Assembly (NCBI GenBank): GCA_963769885.1
Contig: CAVYNH010000006.1
Coordinates: forward strand, 608,001-672,000
From: Methanobacteriota archaeon
GTDB taxonomy: Archaea; Thermoplasmatota; E2; DHVEG-1
DNA length: 64,000 bases
Reading direction: 5' to 3'
The position numbers and the translations under genes were made by a program. Below the pieces are notes generated by a model. The model was given only the letters and a program-made list of their open reading frames with translations, was not told where the DNA came from and ran no database searches. Positions within the stretch are counted from its first letter, which is position 1. The number at the start of each line of letters is the position of its first letter. Shown here piece by piece: positions 9,898 through 24,046 of this stretch.

Positions 9898-10929
9898 AGG
9901 CTCTTTCGTAGCGGTAATGTCCATTCCTATATAAAATTCTCTAGCCGAATAGGATTTGAGCCGACGCGCCCGGTCCCGTTCGATGCGAAACCCCGTGCCG
10001 GCAGCGGTCGTCGTCAACGCACGCCATCGTGCCTCGATCGCCTCCTCCGCGAGGATATCATAATAATGAAGAATACACTCATCCGCCGCGACCGACAGCG
10101 CCGCTCCCAGGAAGGCATGCGCGGAGAACGGCAGGTTCATGATGATCCGATCGACCTTCCCTGGGACGAGCCGCGCCACATCCCGCGCGTCGCCCTGGAT
10201 GACCTCTACGCGGTCTCCCACCTGGTTCAAGACGACGTTTCGCCGCGCGAACTCAACAGCCCTCTCGTTCTTATCGATCGCATACACCACCACCGGATGC
10301 GCGTATTTCGCGATCATGATGCTGAACGGGGCGACCCCCGCAAAAAGATCCACGATTCGTTCCCCATCCGCTACGCAGCCAGCGACGCGCCGCCGCTCAT
10401 TCGACAACCGAGGGGAGAAGTAGATGGACCCGACGTCGACCATGAACCGCACCCCGTACTCAAGATGCGTCGTCACCGTGTCCTGGGCGCCGGCGATGAC
10501 CCGGCATCCGCGGACCCGCAGCTCCCCGGTGACTGGCTCGACCTGGCAGACGCTCCTCAGATGAGGGTTTGTCTTCAACATGGCCTCTCCGACCCTTAAG
10601 GCATAGCGGTCCAGTTCCTCGGGGAGCTTCACCAGGGCGATCGCGCCCACAATATCATAGGAGGTGGGGAGGAGGCCTTTCAAGGCGGCAGGGATGGCCG
10701 CAGCATCCTGGTACGACGGGGTCCTTTCCTGTCGCGGCTCGAAGGCATGCTCGATGATCTCCCCAAAAGGAGCCGGCGATGGCCGACGGGAGATGGGGAA
10801 GAAGATGTGATGCTTGGATGTAATCAGGCGGAGGTCGTGGCGGAGCAACCCTTGGCTCTGGAGCAGCCGGCGCGCCTCCTCCGCTTGCAGGAGGGGGACG
10901 CGGAGCCCAACGCTTCGTACCTTCGCCAT
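9883..10929 (-). CDS. trm5: tRNA (guanine37-N1) methyltransferase Trm5/Taw22 family
   Basis: SYDIVGAI, YFSPRLSNERRR, DLFAGVAPF, IMNLP motifs and an N-terminal D1-like domain. Confidence 0.85.
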   Translation of the reverse strand: MAKVRSVGLRVPLLQAEEARRLLQSQGLLRHDLRLITSKHHIFFPISRRPSPAPFGEIIEHAFEPRQERTPSYQDAAAIPAALKGLLPTSYDIVGAIALVKLPEELDRYALRVGEAMLKTNPHLRSVCQVEPVTGELRVRGCRVIAGAQDTVTTHLEYGVRFMVDVGSIYFSPRLSNERRRVAGCVADGERIVDLFAGVAPFSIMIAKYAHPVVVYAIDKNERAVEFARRNVVLNQVGDRVEVIQGDARDVARLVPGKVDRIIMNLPFSAHAFLGAALSVAADECILHYYDILAEEAIEARWRALTTTAAGTGFRIERDRARRLKSYSAREFYIGMDITATKEPAAVA

Positions 10930-10985
10930 CACCCCGGGTAATCTCCCCGGGGTATTTCAAATGAACCACCGTGAAAAAGAGGGAG

Positions 10986-11075
10986 TCCCGCCTCCCGGAT
11001 TTGAACCGGGGACCTGCCGGTCACGGCCGATAGGGTCTACAGCCGGCCGCTCCAGCCAGACTGAGCTAAGGCGGG
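10986..11075 (-). tRNA. tRNA-Tyr(GTA) with a ~15-nt intron at 37/38
   Basis: CCCGCCTTAGCTCAG...GCCGG-CTGTAG-[ACCCTATCGGCCGTG]-A-CCGGC...GGTTCAAATCC...GGCGGGA. Confidence 0.93.
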
Positions 11076-11362
11076 GGGATAGCACCGAGAATACAATAGA
11101 TGTATTTATTCATTTCAGGTCTTGTACGGTGCACCGGCTCTGGCATGAACGCGGTCAATCAAAACGCTGTACCATAAAGGATTAAGTATCGTCCAAGCCT
11201 CGTTCCAGAACTCCTTAATAGAAACGGAGTGATTGCTGTGCCCATGGCTGCACGCGAGGTGGCGCACAATGTTTTGATAACAACCCAAAATCAACGCAGG
11301 CCAGTCTATAATAATCTAAATTTTGTACCAATAACGGTTTATAAGATAAGGAAAAGCGCAAC

Positions 11363-11529
11363 CTATATAAGGAGGGTTGTGAATAACCTCCGGTGAGGTC
11401 CGGTGAGACTATAGATATAAGTTGACGTGGTTACAGTAGGTCAACTTATCTTGGTTCACGGTGTGAACCGTTTTGCCGGCGCTCAACTGGAAAAGTATGA
11501 AAACCAACAGATTTAGGAGGAAACAAAAG
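11363..11529 (+). promoter_or_regulatory. TATA box and long structured 5' leader of the S-layer-like gene
   Basis: CTATATAA at 11363; stems AGATATAAGTTGAC/GTCAACTTATCT and GGTTCAC/GTGAACC; SD AGGAGG at 11515. Confidence 0.55.
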
Positions 11530-14500
11530 ATGAAAGCAAACAAAATGATGGCTATGATTGTCGTCAGCCTTATGCTGTTCTCGACCTTCATAGTTTTAAA
11601 TAGTCATAACGTACGGGCTGCCCCAGTGCTCACACCTGGTGTGAATATCTACGGTAACGCCACGACCGACATTGTCTACGGACAATCCTACGCAAGCGGT
11701 GCCATTAAAATCAACTCATCACAGTTCACGGACACAGCGGGCGGGAACCCGTACGGTGCACACACCTACCGTCTCTTCTACCCCGTATACCAAAACTACA
11801 GCAACTCTGCCTATTTTATGACCTGGAAACCCTTCTACATCGGCAACGACCCGGACCAAACCGTCGAGGTCAGCGAGATTAAGAACAGCACCGCCCTAGA
11901 CACCGGCGGCTCAGCCATCACCTTCAACCGTTCCGGTCTCTGGATCTTCGACAACAACGCTATCCACGCATCCGACGACCCCACCTCATTCACGGGATTC
12001 ATCTGGGTCAACACCAGCACCGTCTACTCCATTGAGTCCATCCCTAATATCTACTACGACCAGTCCGGCTCTCTGACCGTCACCGTCGACACCAAAGGGG
12101 ACACCGGCTGCATGGTCTCCATCACAGACCCCGGCAACGCCACCATCTACCACAGCTGGCGGTCCAACGGACAATCCATCGCCCTCGACTACCAGGATTA
12201 CTTTGGCATGGTCGGGACCTACACCGTCAAGGCCTACCGCGACCTCGATACATCCGTCGCCTACCGCTACCCAGACCAGAACGGTGAGAACTACAGCGCC
12301 CAATATGGAAACATCGGGGCACCGGACTTCCCAGCGAACTACACCTACAGCGATATGGGCCCCTGGAACCCCCCTGAGAAGAACGCCAGCCAAGTCACCT
12401 TCGATGTGAAGACCGCGGCCAAAGCGCCCTACCTCAACATCGTGCTCTCCAACACCAGCTTCTACTGGGGATACCCCATCCACATTGACGTCAACGTCAC
12501 GAACCAGACAGGAATAGGGCTAGACCCGGGTATCGGCGCCATTCGCCTCAAGAAAGGCGGTCACCTCTACCTCGACCATACCAGCGGCGCTTTCACCATC
12601 ACGGATGAAACACTCGGCAACTACACCATCACCATGCCCTGGTTCGGCGACAACCCGACCCCCTGGACCAACCTCTACACCATCACGCACGCCGCATCAC
12701 AGACCGTGAATGGATCGTGGAGCGTCGTGTTTGCCGACGGTGACAACTTCAACGGTTCCGCCGGATTCACCATCAGCAGCTCACACCCACCCGTCCAACT
12801 CCTCCTCAACAGCCCCAGCAACAAGAAGATCGACGTCCCCACTTACATACCCGCCTCTGGCCATGCAACAATCACGACCATCGACTTCTCCATCTACGGC
12901 AAGAACAGCGAATGGCCCTACTACGGCTTCAGCGCCAAGGACGATGAGCAGAACATCACCATCAGCGGCGACATCCTCTACCCCGTCGACGCATACCCAG
13001 GCGCAGGCCATGGCGAATGGAAGGCGGATGTCACCCCGACCAAGCCTGGCGGCCATATCACCGTCACCATCGACTGGCCGGACAACGGGACCGCCTCACA
13101 GACCATCAACATCATCAACGGGACGACCGTCACCCCCGCCGCGTCGAAATTCACGGTCGGCAATGACTTCAACCTCACCGTCACCGTCACCGATGTCGAC
13201 GGCGACAACGTGAAAACAGCGCATGTCTACGCAATGTGGGAAAACGATATTCTTGGTGAATTCAATGACACAACTGGCGATAACACAGCTGGAAACGGAA
13301 AGAATGGCGAATACACCTTCTGGATCATCGCTGACGACCAGCCCGACGTAGCCCCGCAGAACATCACCATTGCTGCGATCATGACCACAGGGTATTGGGG
13401 CTACGCAACGGTGCTCATGGACAGGAACCACGACATGACCGTCAACTGCACGCCAACCACCTCCTACGCCGGCAACGCAACCACCTACAACATCACCGTC
13501 GGACGGACCGGTGGCGGACACCCAGCCTCAAGCGGCCTCACCATCGCCCTCTATAACGAGACCGGCGCCCTCGTCACCGGCGACGATGCCTGGGACAACA
13601 CCGGCGACTACAGCCTCACCGACGTGGAGATCCCGCTCTCCGGCGGCGTGTTCCACCTCTTCGCCTACAACGACACCGACGACAGCCAGGACAACAACGC
13701 GACCATCACCGTCACCAAATACAGCGTCGCCAGCTCCCCCAGCGCCCTCGCCTGGCACATCGACAACGACACCAACATCACCTTCCAAGTCACCCCCGCC
13801 TACAGCGGACTGCTGACCCTCAACAACGTCACCAGCGCGCCCAGCGGAGCAGACCCCAACGAGACCAGCCCACTCCAGATCACCATTGAGGATGGTGTCG
13901 GAACCGTCACCGGGTTCAACGCCGACATGCTCGGCAACATCACCTACAGCTTCGAACCCAGCGATGGAGAAGACCGACCCGCCGACGGGCTGACCCGCGT
14001 CACCACCGCCACAGCGACCCCCGTGCCCGCCAACATCTACATCAACGAGGCGATCACCGTCGTGATCACGGTCACCCACCCCGCCACGCACCAGCCGATC
14101 GCCGACGTCTGGGTAAGCCTTGACCGCTACAACAGCACCAACCTCACCAGCGTCCTGGCGAAACTCCCGACCGGCAAGAAGACCGACTCCGCAGGCCAAG
14201 TCAGCTTCGCGGTCAACGCCCTCGCCAGCGGGAACGTCACCATCTTCATCGAGAACGCCTCCGACCCGGACAACCCGTTCTACATCATCGCCGGCGGCCG
14301 CAACCCGATGAGCATCATCCTGACGTCACCCTCAGTCGACGAAGGCAAGCAGATCACCGCTGACATCAAGAGCGGCAGCACCCTCGTCACCGGCGTCAAC
14401 GTCACTATAACCTTCGCCGGGACCACGACCACGACCACGGACGGCCACATCACCCTCACCGCACCCAGCGTCGCCACGAACATCCCCTACACCATCACCG

Positions 14501-14883
14501 CCACCGCCGTCGGCTACGCCGACGCCACCGCCCAAGTGACGGTCTTGAACGTGCCGAAGCTGATCATCGCGGTGCTCACCAGCAACATCAAGGCTGGACA
14601 AGACTTCCAGATCGCCGTCGCTGACGACACCGGCACCGCGATCATCGGTGCCACTGTGACCCTGCAAGGCACGACAGTACACACGGGAGCAGGCGGAGTC
14701 GTCACCATGAAGGCCCCATCGACACAGGGTAACTACACCATCACGGCGACCTTCGGGAACTACGAATCGGCCAGCCAGAGCATCAGCGTCGGACCCGGCG
14801 GAGGCATCCCCGGCTTCGAACTGGTCACCCTGCTCATCGCAGCCGGCATCGCCTTCCTGCTCATCCGCAGGCGGCGCAACTAG
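11530..14883 (+). CDS. Large PGF-CTERM cell-surface glycoprotein, probable S-layer protein
   Basis: About 1117 aa, signal peptide, Thr/Asn-rich Ig-like repeats, many NxT/S sequons, C-terminal IPGFE-TM-RRRRN, strong SD. Confidence 0.85.
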   Translation: MKANKMMAMIVVSLMLFSTFIVLNSHNVRAAPVLTPGVNIYGNATTDIVYGQSYASGAIKINSSQFTDTAGGNPYGAHTYRLFYPVYQNYSNSAYFMTWKPFYIGNDPDQTVEVSEIKNSTALDTGGSAITFNRSGLWIFDNNAIHASDDPTSFTGFIWVNTSTVYSIESIPNIYYDQSGSLTVTVDTKGDTGCMVSITDPGNATIYHSWRSNGQSIALDYQDYFGMVGTYTVKAYRDLDTSVAYRYPDQNGENYSAQYGNIGAPDFPANYTYSDMGPWNPPEKNASQVTFDVKTAAKAPYLNIVLSNTSFYWGYPIHIDVNVTNQTGIGLDPGIGAIRLKKGGHLYLDHTSGAFTITDETLGNYTITMPWFGDNPTPWTNLYTITHAASQTVNGSWSVVFADGDNFNGSAGFTISSSHPPVQLLLNSPSNKKIDVPTYIPASGHATITTIDFSIYGKNSEWPYYGFSAKDDEQNITISGDILYPVDAYPGAGHGEWKADVTPTKPGGHITVTIDWPDNGTASQTINIINGTTVTPAASKFTVGNDFNLTVTVTDVDGDNVKTAHVYAMWENDILGEFNDTTGDNTAGNGKNGEYTFWIIADDQPDVAPQNITIAAIMTTGYWGYATVLMDRNHDMTVNCTPTTSYAGNATTYNITVGRTGGGHPASSGLTIALYNETGALVTGDDAWDNTGDYSLTDVEIPLSGGVFHLFAYNDTDDSQDNNATITVTKYSVASSPSALAWHIDNDTNITFQVTPAYSGLLTLNNVTSAPSGADPNETSPLQITIEDGVGTVTGFNADMLGNITYSFEPSDGEDRPADGLTRVTTATATPVPANIYINEAITVVITVTHPATHQPIADVWVSLDRYNSTNLTSVLAKLPTGKKTDSAGQVSFAVNALASGNVTIFIENASDPDNPFYIIAGGRNPMSIILTSPSVDEGKQITADIKSGSTLVTGVNVTITFAGTTTTTTDGHITLTAPSVATNIPYTITATAVGYADATAQVTVLNVPKLIIAVLTSNIKAGQDFQIAVADDTGTAIIGATVTLQGTTVHTGAGGVVTMKAPSTQGNYTITATFGNYESASQSISVGPGGGIPGFELVTLLIAAGIAFLLIRRRRN

Positions 14884-14893
14884 TGCCAACCAC

Positions 14894-14930
14894 TAGGGGG
14901 AACCTCTTCCCCCTTCTCACCCCTTTTTTA
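14894..14930 (+). terminator. Hairpin plus T-tract terminator
   Basis: AGGGGGAA-CCTC-TTCCCCCT followed by TTTTTT. Confidence 0.6.
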
Positions 14931-14995
14931 ACTATTTTTCTCCACGTAACCCTTTTAATCCCTGATTCAATGTAGCCTCCCTGGAGGACCCAAGC

Positions 14996-15697
14996 TTGAA
15001 GATCAGCATCGTCATCCCCGCCCTCAACGAGGAAACCGGCATCGGGAAAACCATCGATGCCATCCAGACCAACGCCCTACAGACCAACGGCTGGGAGCTT
15101 GAGATCCTCGTCGTCGACGGCAACTCGACAGACCGTACCCGCGCCATCGCGGCCGCAAAAGGAGCCCAAGTCATCATCGAGCCGCGCAAAGGCTACGGCC
15201 GCGCCTACAAGACCGGCATCGCCAAGGCCACCGGAGACATCATCGTGACCGGCGACGCGGACGCCACCTACCCCTTCGACCGAATCCACGACTACGTCAC
15301 CCTGCTTCTGGACCAGCACCTCGACTTCATCACCACCGACCGCTTCGCCCACATCAGCCACGGCGCCATGACCCTGAAACACCGATTCGGCAACCTCACC
15401 CTCAACCTCGCCCTAGACGTCCTCTTTCTCACCCACATCCGCGACTCCCAGTCTGGCATGTGGGTCTTCCGCGCCGACGCCCTTAAGAAGATCCCGTCCC
15501 TGGAGACCTTCAACGACGGCATGCCGTTCTCCGAGGAAATCAAGATCAGCATGTTCACCGCCAAAGACGTTAAGGCCAAAGAGATCCCCGCCACCCTCTA
15601 CACGCGCGAAGGACAGGTGAAGCTCGAAAGCTTCAAGGACGGCCTTAAGAACCTACGGTTCCTCTTCATCAAACGCGTCAACCCACACAATAAATAA
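14996..15697 (+). CDS. GT2 glycosyltransferase (dolichol-phosphate glycosyltransferase-like)
   Basis: SIVIPALNEE, VVDGNSTDRT, GYGRAY, GDADATY, DSQSGM motifs; adjacent to the S-layer-like gene. Confidence 0.92.
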   Translation: MKISIVIPALNEETGIGKTIDAIQTNALQTNGWELEILVVDGNSTDRTRAIAAAKGAQVIIEPRKGYGRAYKTGIAKATGDIIVTGDADATYPFDRIHDYVTLLLDQHLDFITTDRFAHISHGAMTLKHRFGNLTLNLALDVLFLTHIRDSQSGMWVFRADALKKIPSLETFNDGMPFSEEIKISMFTAKDVKAKEIPATLYTREGQVKLESFKDGLKNLRFLFIKRVNPHNK

Positions 15698-15736
15698 CTC
15701 ACTTTTTACTCAACAGGCCCTTCGATTGATCAAGAC

Positions 15737-15796
15737 AAATATATCATATTTGGTATAAACGACGAGAATCGAAAATATATCATATTTGATATAAAC
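15737..15796. repeat. Two 24-bp direct repeats, each a 7-4-7 palindrome
   Basis: AAATATATCATATTTGGTATAAAC (15737-15760) and AAATATATCATATTTGATATAAAC (15773-15796). Confidence 0.85.
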
Positions 15797-15809
15797 AGGG
15801 TCCTGCCGC

Positions 15810-16961
15810 CTACCCGACGACGGAGAGCTCTCTGTCCATGGAGCCCCCTTTGAATCGGTCAAGCCGCAGGCTTTCTAGAACTTCAGGGGTCTTCCCATCC
15901 ACGATATGCTCAGTCAACAGCTTCGTCACCATCGGCGAGATCATGAACCCATGGCCGCTGAACCCATTGCACTGCACGAACCCCTTCACCGACGGAACCT
16001 CACCCAGGATCGGCCGCGCATCCGGCGTCACATCATAGAAACTCGTCCAATGCCGCAGCATATTCACGTGCCGCAGCACTGGCGCATACCGCGTCAACGT
16101 CCTCGACATATGCTGCAAAAACGCAAACGTCGGCATCGTCCGAAACCCGCTGTGCTCCTCCGGAATCGGGATCCCGCCGACGATCTGCCCCTCCTTCTGC
16201 TGACTAAAATAAATACCATCCTTAAACGAAATCACCATCGCTTCAAACAACGGCTCCAGCCGCTCCGTCGCCATAATCTCCTTCCGAAACGGCGTCAACG
16301 GCAACGACACACCCACCAGCTCCGCAATCTCCTTCGACGCAACCCCCGCCGCATTCACCACGACCGGAGCACCTATCTCCCCCTTTTCCGTCGTCACAGA
16401 CGCAATCGCCTTCTTCCGCACCGTCAGCTTCGTCACCGCCGTATGGGTCAGGAACGTCGCCCCATGCCGCTTCGCCGCGTTCGCATACGCAAACGTCGTC
16501 AGAAACGGATTCGCATGCCCATCCGTCGGACAAAACGTCGCCGCCACCACCCGCATCCCCTCCACATCCAGCAACGGCGCAATCCGCGGGATTTCCCCCG
16601 GAGACAACACGTTGACCTTCAACCCCAGTGACCGCTGCATTTCCACATTCCGCTCCGCCTGCACAAGCTCCTTCTCGTCATGCACCGCTATCAAATACCC
16701 ACCCTGACGGAACTCGATGTCCTCCCCCAATTCTTTACTCAACCCCTCAAAAATCTTTACACTCTGAATCGCAAGCAACGCATTCTCCCGCGTCGACCAC
16801 TGCTGACGGATCCCCGCCCCACACGCCCCCGTCGCCCCAGAACTCAAATACCCCTTCTCCACCACCACGACATCCAGCTTCCGCTTCGCCAGCTGATACG
16901 CCAGAGAACAGCCGTTCACCCCCCCACCGATAATCACAACGTCAGCCTTGCTTTTCATCAT
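15810..16961 (-). CDS. FAD-dependent oxidoreductase, proline dehydrogenase/sarcosine oxidase beta subunit
   Basis: VVIIGGGVNG, GATGACGAGIRQQW, YDVTPDARPILG, GFSGHGFM motifs. Confidence 0.92.
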   Translation of the reverse strand: MMKSKADVVIIGGGVNGCSLAYQLAKRKLDVVVVEKGYLSSGATGACGAGIRQQWSTRENALLAIQSVKIFEGLSKELGEDIEFRQGGYLIAVHDEKELVQAERNVEMQRSLGLKVNVLSPGEIPRIAPLLDVEGMRVVAATFCPTDGHANPFLTTFAYANAAKRHGATFLTHTAVTKLTVRKKAIASVTTEKGEIGAPVVVNAAGVASKEIAELVGVSLPLTPFRKEIMATERLEPLFEAMVISFKDGIYFSQQKEGQIVGGIPIPEEHSGFRTMPTFAFLQHMSRTLTRYAPVLRHVNMLRHWTSFYDVTPDARPILGEVPSVKGFVQCNGFSGHGFMISPMVTKLLTEHIVDGKTPEVLESLRLDRFKGGSMDRELSVVG

Positions 16962-17220
16962 CCTCACACGCCAAAGTACCAAGTGAAACCGGAACAAGCG
17001 GCGACCGCACCGTCGGCATCCGCATTTGACCAACCGGGAACCCTGTCTCCCTTTCAAGGATCTTCGCCACGAGCTGCACACACACCCGGCCCTGGCACGG
17101 CCCCATCCCAATCCGCAGCTTCTTGCGCAGCTCCTCGATATCAGTATATCCGCTGCGAATCGCTTTCAATACATCCTCCTCACTGATATCCTCGCAGCGG
17201 CACACAATACAGCGTTTCAT
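16942..17220 (-). CDS. BFD-like [2Fe-2S] subunit of the proline dehydrogenase-type complex
   Basis: CRCEDI...RIGMGPCQGRVC...TVRSPLVPV motifs. Confidence 0.88.
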   Translation of the reverse strand: MKRCIVCRCEDISEEDVLKAIRSGYTDIEELRKKLRIGMGPCQGRVCVQLVAKILERETGFPVGQMRMPTVRSPLVPVSLGTLACEDDEKQG

Positions 17221-17687
17221 ACCCGCACCCGAATATTCCGCACATCCATTACAAGAGATGGATCAACCTCGACCGTAATCAGTATCGTCTTCTTCGCCTT
17301 CACTACACGAGTCACGACAGCAAAACCGCGTGACGCTCCTTCACGGTCCAATGCCTCGACACGATCGCCGACCGCAGGAACCGGGAGAAACTCAGAAGGA
17401 ACCGTGACCCACCCCTTCCCATCCTTCACCTTCACCAAGAAGATCGCCAGGCCAGGGCAGACACCGAGACATTTTAAACAACTCGTGCATCGATCAAAAT
17501 CAACATATGGCGGCGCATTGATATCCTTCATGCTAATCGCATGTACCGGACAGGCATCCACACACGGATTACACGGGATTTCCTGCACACACTCGATGAA
17601 AGCAACACCCTTCTCCAGCTGCTTCGCGCTTGGAATCTGCAAGAGATCTTCTTTCAAAAGGACACCGGTGCGAGTATACTCAGGCAT
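17217..17687 (-). CDS. 4Fe-4S ferredoxin subunit of the proline dehydrogenase-type complex
   Basis: ECVQEIPCNPCVDACP and CTSCLKCLGVCPGLAI motifs. Confidence 0.9.
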   Translation of the reverse strand: MPEYTRTGVLLKEDLLQIPSAKQLEKGVAFIECVQEIPCNPCVDACPVHAISMKDINAPPYVDFDRCTSCLKCLGVCPGLAIFLVKVKDGKGWVTVPSEFLPVPAVGDRVEALDREGASRGFAVVTRVVKAKKTILITVEVDPSLVMDVRNIRVRV

Positions 17688-19140
17688 GCTGCTCCCTCAT
17701 CAACGCCTCGATACGAGCCTTCGCCCGACGAGGCTTCTCACCGAAAGGTCCGGCACGCAACCGGTCAACTTCCTCCTGAAAACGTGCCAGGACCCCCGCA
17801 TCAACTGAATATCCCAAGGCGTTCGCAGCGTCGCATCCCGCGATCTTCCCCTCAACCATCGCGGTTGACGCCTCCTCAATCCCCGAAGCATCCCCCGCAA
17901 CATAGATACGTGGCTTATGGGTCTGCAATGCATCGTCATGGAGAGCGACGAATCCACCAGCCTCAGGAACCTGTGTCAGTGACACACCAAGCTGAGACAA
18001 TAGCCGGGTCGACGGCGTCAGCCCAACCGCAAGGCAGATCGTGTCACACGGGACATCCTCTTCGGTCCCAGGAATCGGCTTCCACTTGGAATCAAGCGTG
18101 ACAACGACAGCGCCCTCGACCGAAGAATCCCCGTAGACTTCTTGAATGGAATGCGAGGTATGAATCGGGACCCCGCAGCGGCGAAGTTTAGCCGCATGAA
18201 CATGATACCCGCCGATTGTAGATGCCGCTTCGACAACCCGATCAACCACGATACCCGCCTGGAGAAGCTGGTACGAGACAATGAGACCGACGTTCCCAGC
18301 ACCGACCATAAGCACGCGTTCGCCGGGTTTCACCCCGTAGACATTCATCAATGTCTGAACCGCGCCCGCACCGTAGACACCAGGGAGGTCATTCCCAGGG
18401 AACAATAGCATGTTCTCCATAGCGCCGCATGCAAGAATCGCAGCCCCGCACCGAACATCATAGAGCCGGGAATTATAGTTAATACGCTCAACAACCCCGA
18501 ACCGGTAGCCTTCTGAGGTTTCGTAAGCACCAATCGCTGTGGATTCAGCCATAATCACGAGTTTGCCTTCAGCCTCATATTTACGGGCATCTGCCTCGAG
18601 CTGTGTAGCGATATCGATACCCCGTGTCCCAGCACGCTCCTGCCGAGATCCAAAGAACTTATGAGTCTGTTTTATGAGCTGCCCCCCGAGTCGGGGATTC
18701 TCATCGACAAGGAGGACCTTGGCCCCTTGAGACGCGGCCTGGATCGCTGCACAGAGCCCCGCGGGGCCTGCGCCAACGATGAAGACATCAGTCGTTATCT
18801 TCCGTGTTCCCAGGCCATGGAATGGTGCGGCCGGGGGCGCTGCGCGCTCCTGTTGGCGTTCAACCTCGATGCCTTTTTGCAAAGGCGCAATGCATGTCCG
18901 CACGTTTGGGATTCCGTTAACCCGCATGAGGCAGGAGGAGCATTTGCCGATGCCGCAGAAGAAGCCTCTAGGGCTGTGATACGTCTGGCTGATAGTCAGT
19001 TCTTTGACGCCGGCGGCGTGCAGAGCTGAGGCGATGGTATCACCTTGTTCACCGGTGATTGGTTTATGGTCGAAGGTGAAGGGGAGTGGTTCCCGCGCTG
19101 AAAAATCAAGGATGGGGTGTTGACGGATACGCACAACCAA
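17680..19140 (-). CDS. Sarcosine oxidase/proline dehydrogenase alpha subunit (2Fe-2S + FAD/NAD-binding)
   Basis: RGFFCGIGKCSSCLM, IVGAGPAGL, GGQLIKQTHKFFG, GAGNVGLIVSYQL motifs. Confidence 0.92.
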   Translation of the reverse strand: MVVRIRQHPILDFSAREPLPFTFDHKPITGEQGDTIASALHAAGVKELTISQTYHSPRGFFCGIGKCSSCLMRVNGIPNVRTCIAPLQKGIEVERQQERAAPPAAPFHGLGTRKITTDVFIVGAGPAGLCAAIQAASQGAKVLLVDENPRLGGQLIKQTHKFFGSRQERAGTRGIDIATQLEADARKYEAEGKLVIMAESTAIGAYETSEGYRFGVVERINYNSRLYDVRCGAAILACGAMENMLLFPGNDLPGVYGAGAVQTLMNVYGVKPGERVLMVGAGNVGLIVSYQLLQAGIVVDRVVEAASTIGGYHVHAAKLRRCGVPIHTSHSIQEVYGDSSVEGAVVVTLDSKWKPIPGTEEDVPCDTICLAVGLTPSTRLLSQLGVSLTQVPEAGGFVALHDDALQTHKPRIYVAGDASGIEEASTAMVEGKIAGCDAANALGYSVDAGVLARFQEEVDRLRAGPFGEKPRRAKARIEALMREQHA

Positions 19141-19209
19141 GGCCTCACTTTAACAGGGAATGTTCTTCCCTATAAAAGTATTACCGAGCCCAACAGAGAG
19201 AGGAAGTGG

Positions 19210-19635
19210 CTAGATGACTTGGACGTCGCGTATGGGGTGGTGTCGTTTGGCGATTTTTCGGATCATGTTGATGTTTCGTCCGCCTTTGCCGATGAGTTTG
19301 GATTTGTCTCGGGGGTTGACCTCGATTTTGGCGACGGTGTCGTCGCCTTCTCCTTCGAAGGTGACGTTGGTGATTTGGTATGGTTTGCAGAGGTTTTGGA
19401 CGAAGGCTTTGGGGTCGTCGTTGTATTCGATGAATTTGACTGTTTTTTTGATGAGGTAGCGGAGTTTTTCGAGGTTTTTGGCTTTGGTGCCGATGGCGAT
19501 GCCGAGTTGGCCTTTTTCGACGACGAAAACGATGAGGTCGCTTTCGACGATGCAGTCGCGGATGCCGGCGCCGGTTTGTTTGCTGGCCAGGTTGATGAAT
19601 TGGACGGTGTCGTTACTGAGGGTTATCTCGGTCAT
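19210..19635 (-). CDS. nusA: Archaeal NusA-like KH protein
   Basis: AIGTKAKN and LIGKGGRNI KH motifs; conserved position after rpl30e. Start MTEITL at 19635. Confidence 0.92.
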   Translation of the reverse strand: MTEITLSNDTVQFINLASKQTGAGIRDCIVESDLIVFVVEKGQLGIAIGTKAKNLEKLRYLIKKTVKFIEYNDDPKAFVQNLCKPYQITNVTFEGEGDDTVAKIEVNPRDKSKLIGKGGRNINMIRKIAKRHHPIRDVQVI

Positions 19636-19642
19636 TGTGGTC

Positions 19643-19945
19643 TTATTTCCTGGGTTTGATAAGGGAGAGGATGTTGGATTCTCCTTCGTCGAGGATGGCG
19701 ATGGCGGCGACAGCGTAGTTTTTGCCGCAGCTGTGGCCGAGGTCGACCCCGGAGTTGGGGTAGGTGTAGGTGGGGATGTTCTTTTGGTCGGCGAGGGGGG
19801 CGAGGGTGTCGGCATAGGGGCAGTTTTTGGCGATGATGATGGCTTTGGCCGTGTTTTTTTGGATGGCGGCCTTGGTTTGTTTTTCGCCGATGATGATGGT
19901 GCCTTTTTTTGCGACGTCTTTGAGTGCTTTGTTGATGTCTACCAT
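19643..19945 (-). CDS. rpl30e: 50S ribosomal protein L30e
   Basis: GEKQT, IIAKNCP, DLGHSCGK, GESNIL motifs; operon context. Confidence 0.95.
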   Translation of the reverse strand: MVDINKALKDVAKKGTIIIGEKQTKAAIQKNTAKAIIIAKNCPYADTLAPLADQKNIPTYTYPNSGVDLGHSCGKNYAVAAIAILDEGESNILSLIKPRK

Positions 19946-19946
19946 A

Positions 19947-24039
<4,093 letters not shown>

Positions 24040-24046
24040 AGTCTCC

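Noticed and set aside
15737-15796. Possible mini-CRISPR array
   Set aside because: Only two repeats with a 12-bp spacer, no cas genes and no leader. It fits an operator pair better.
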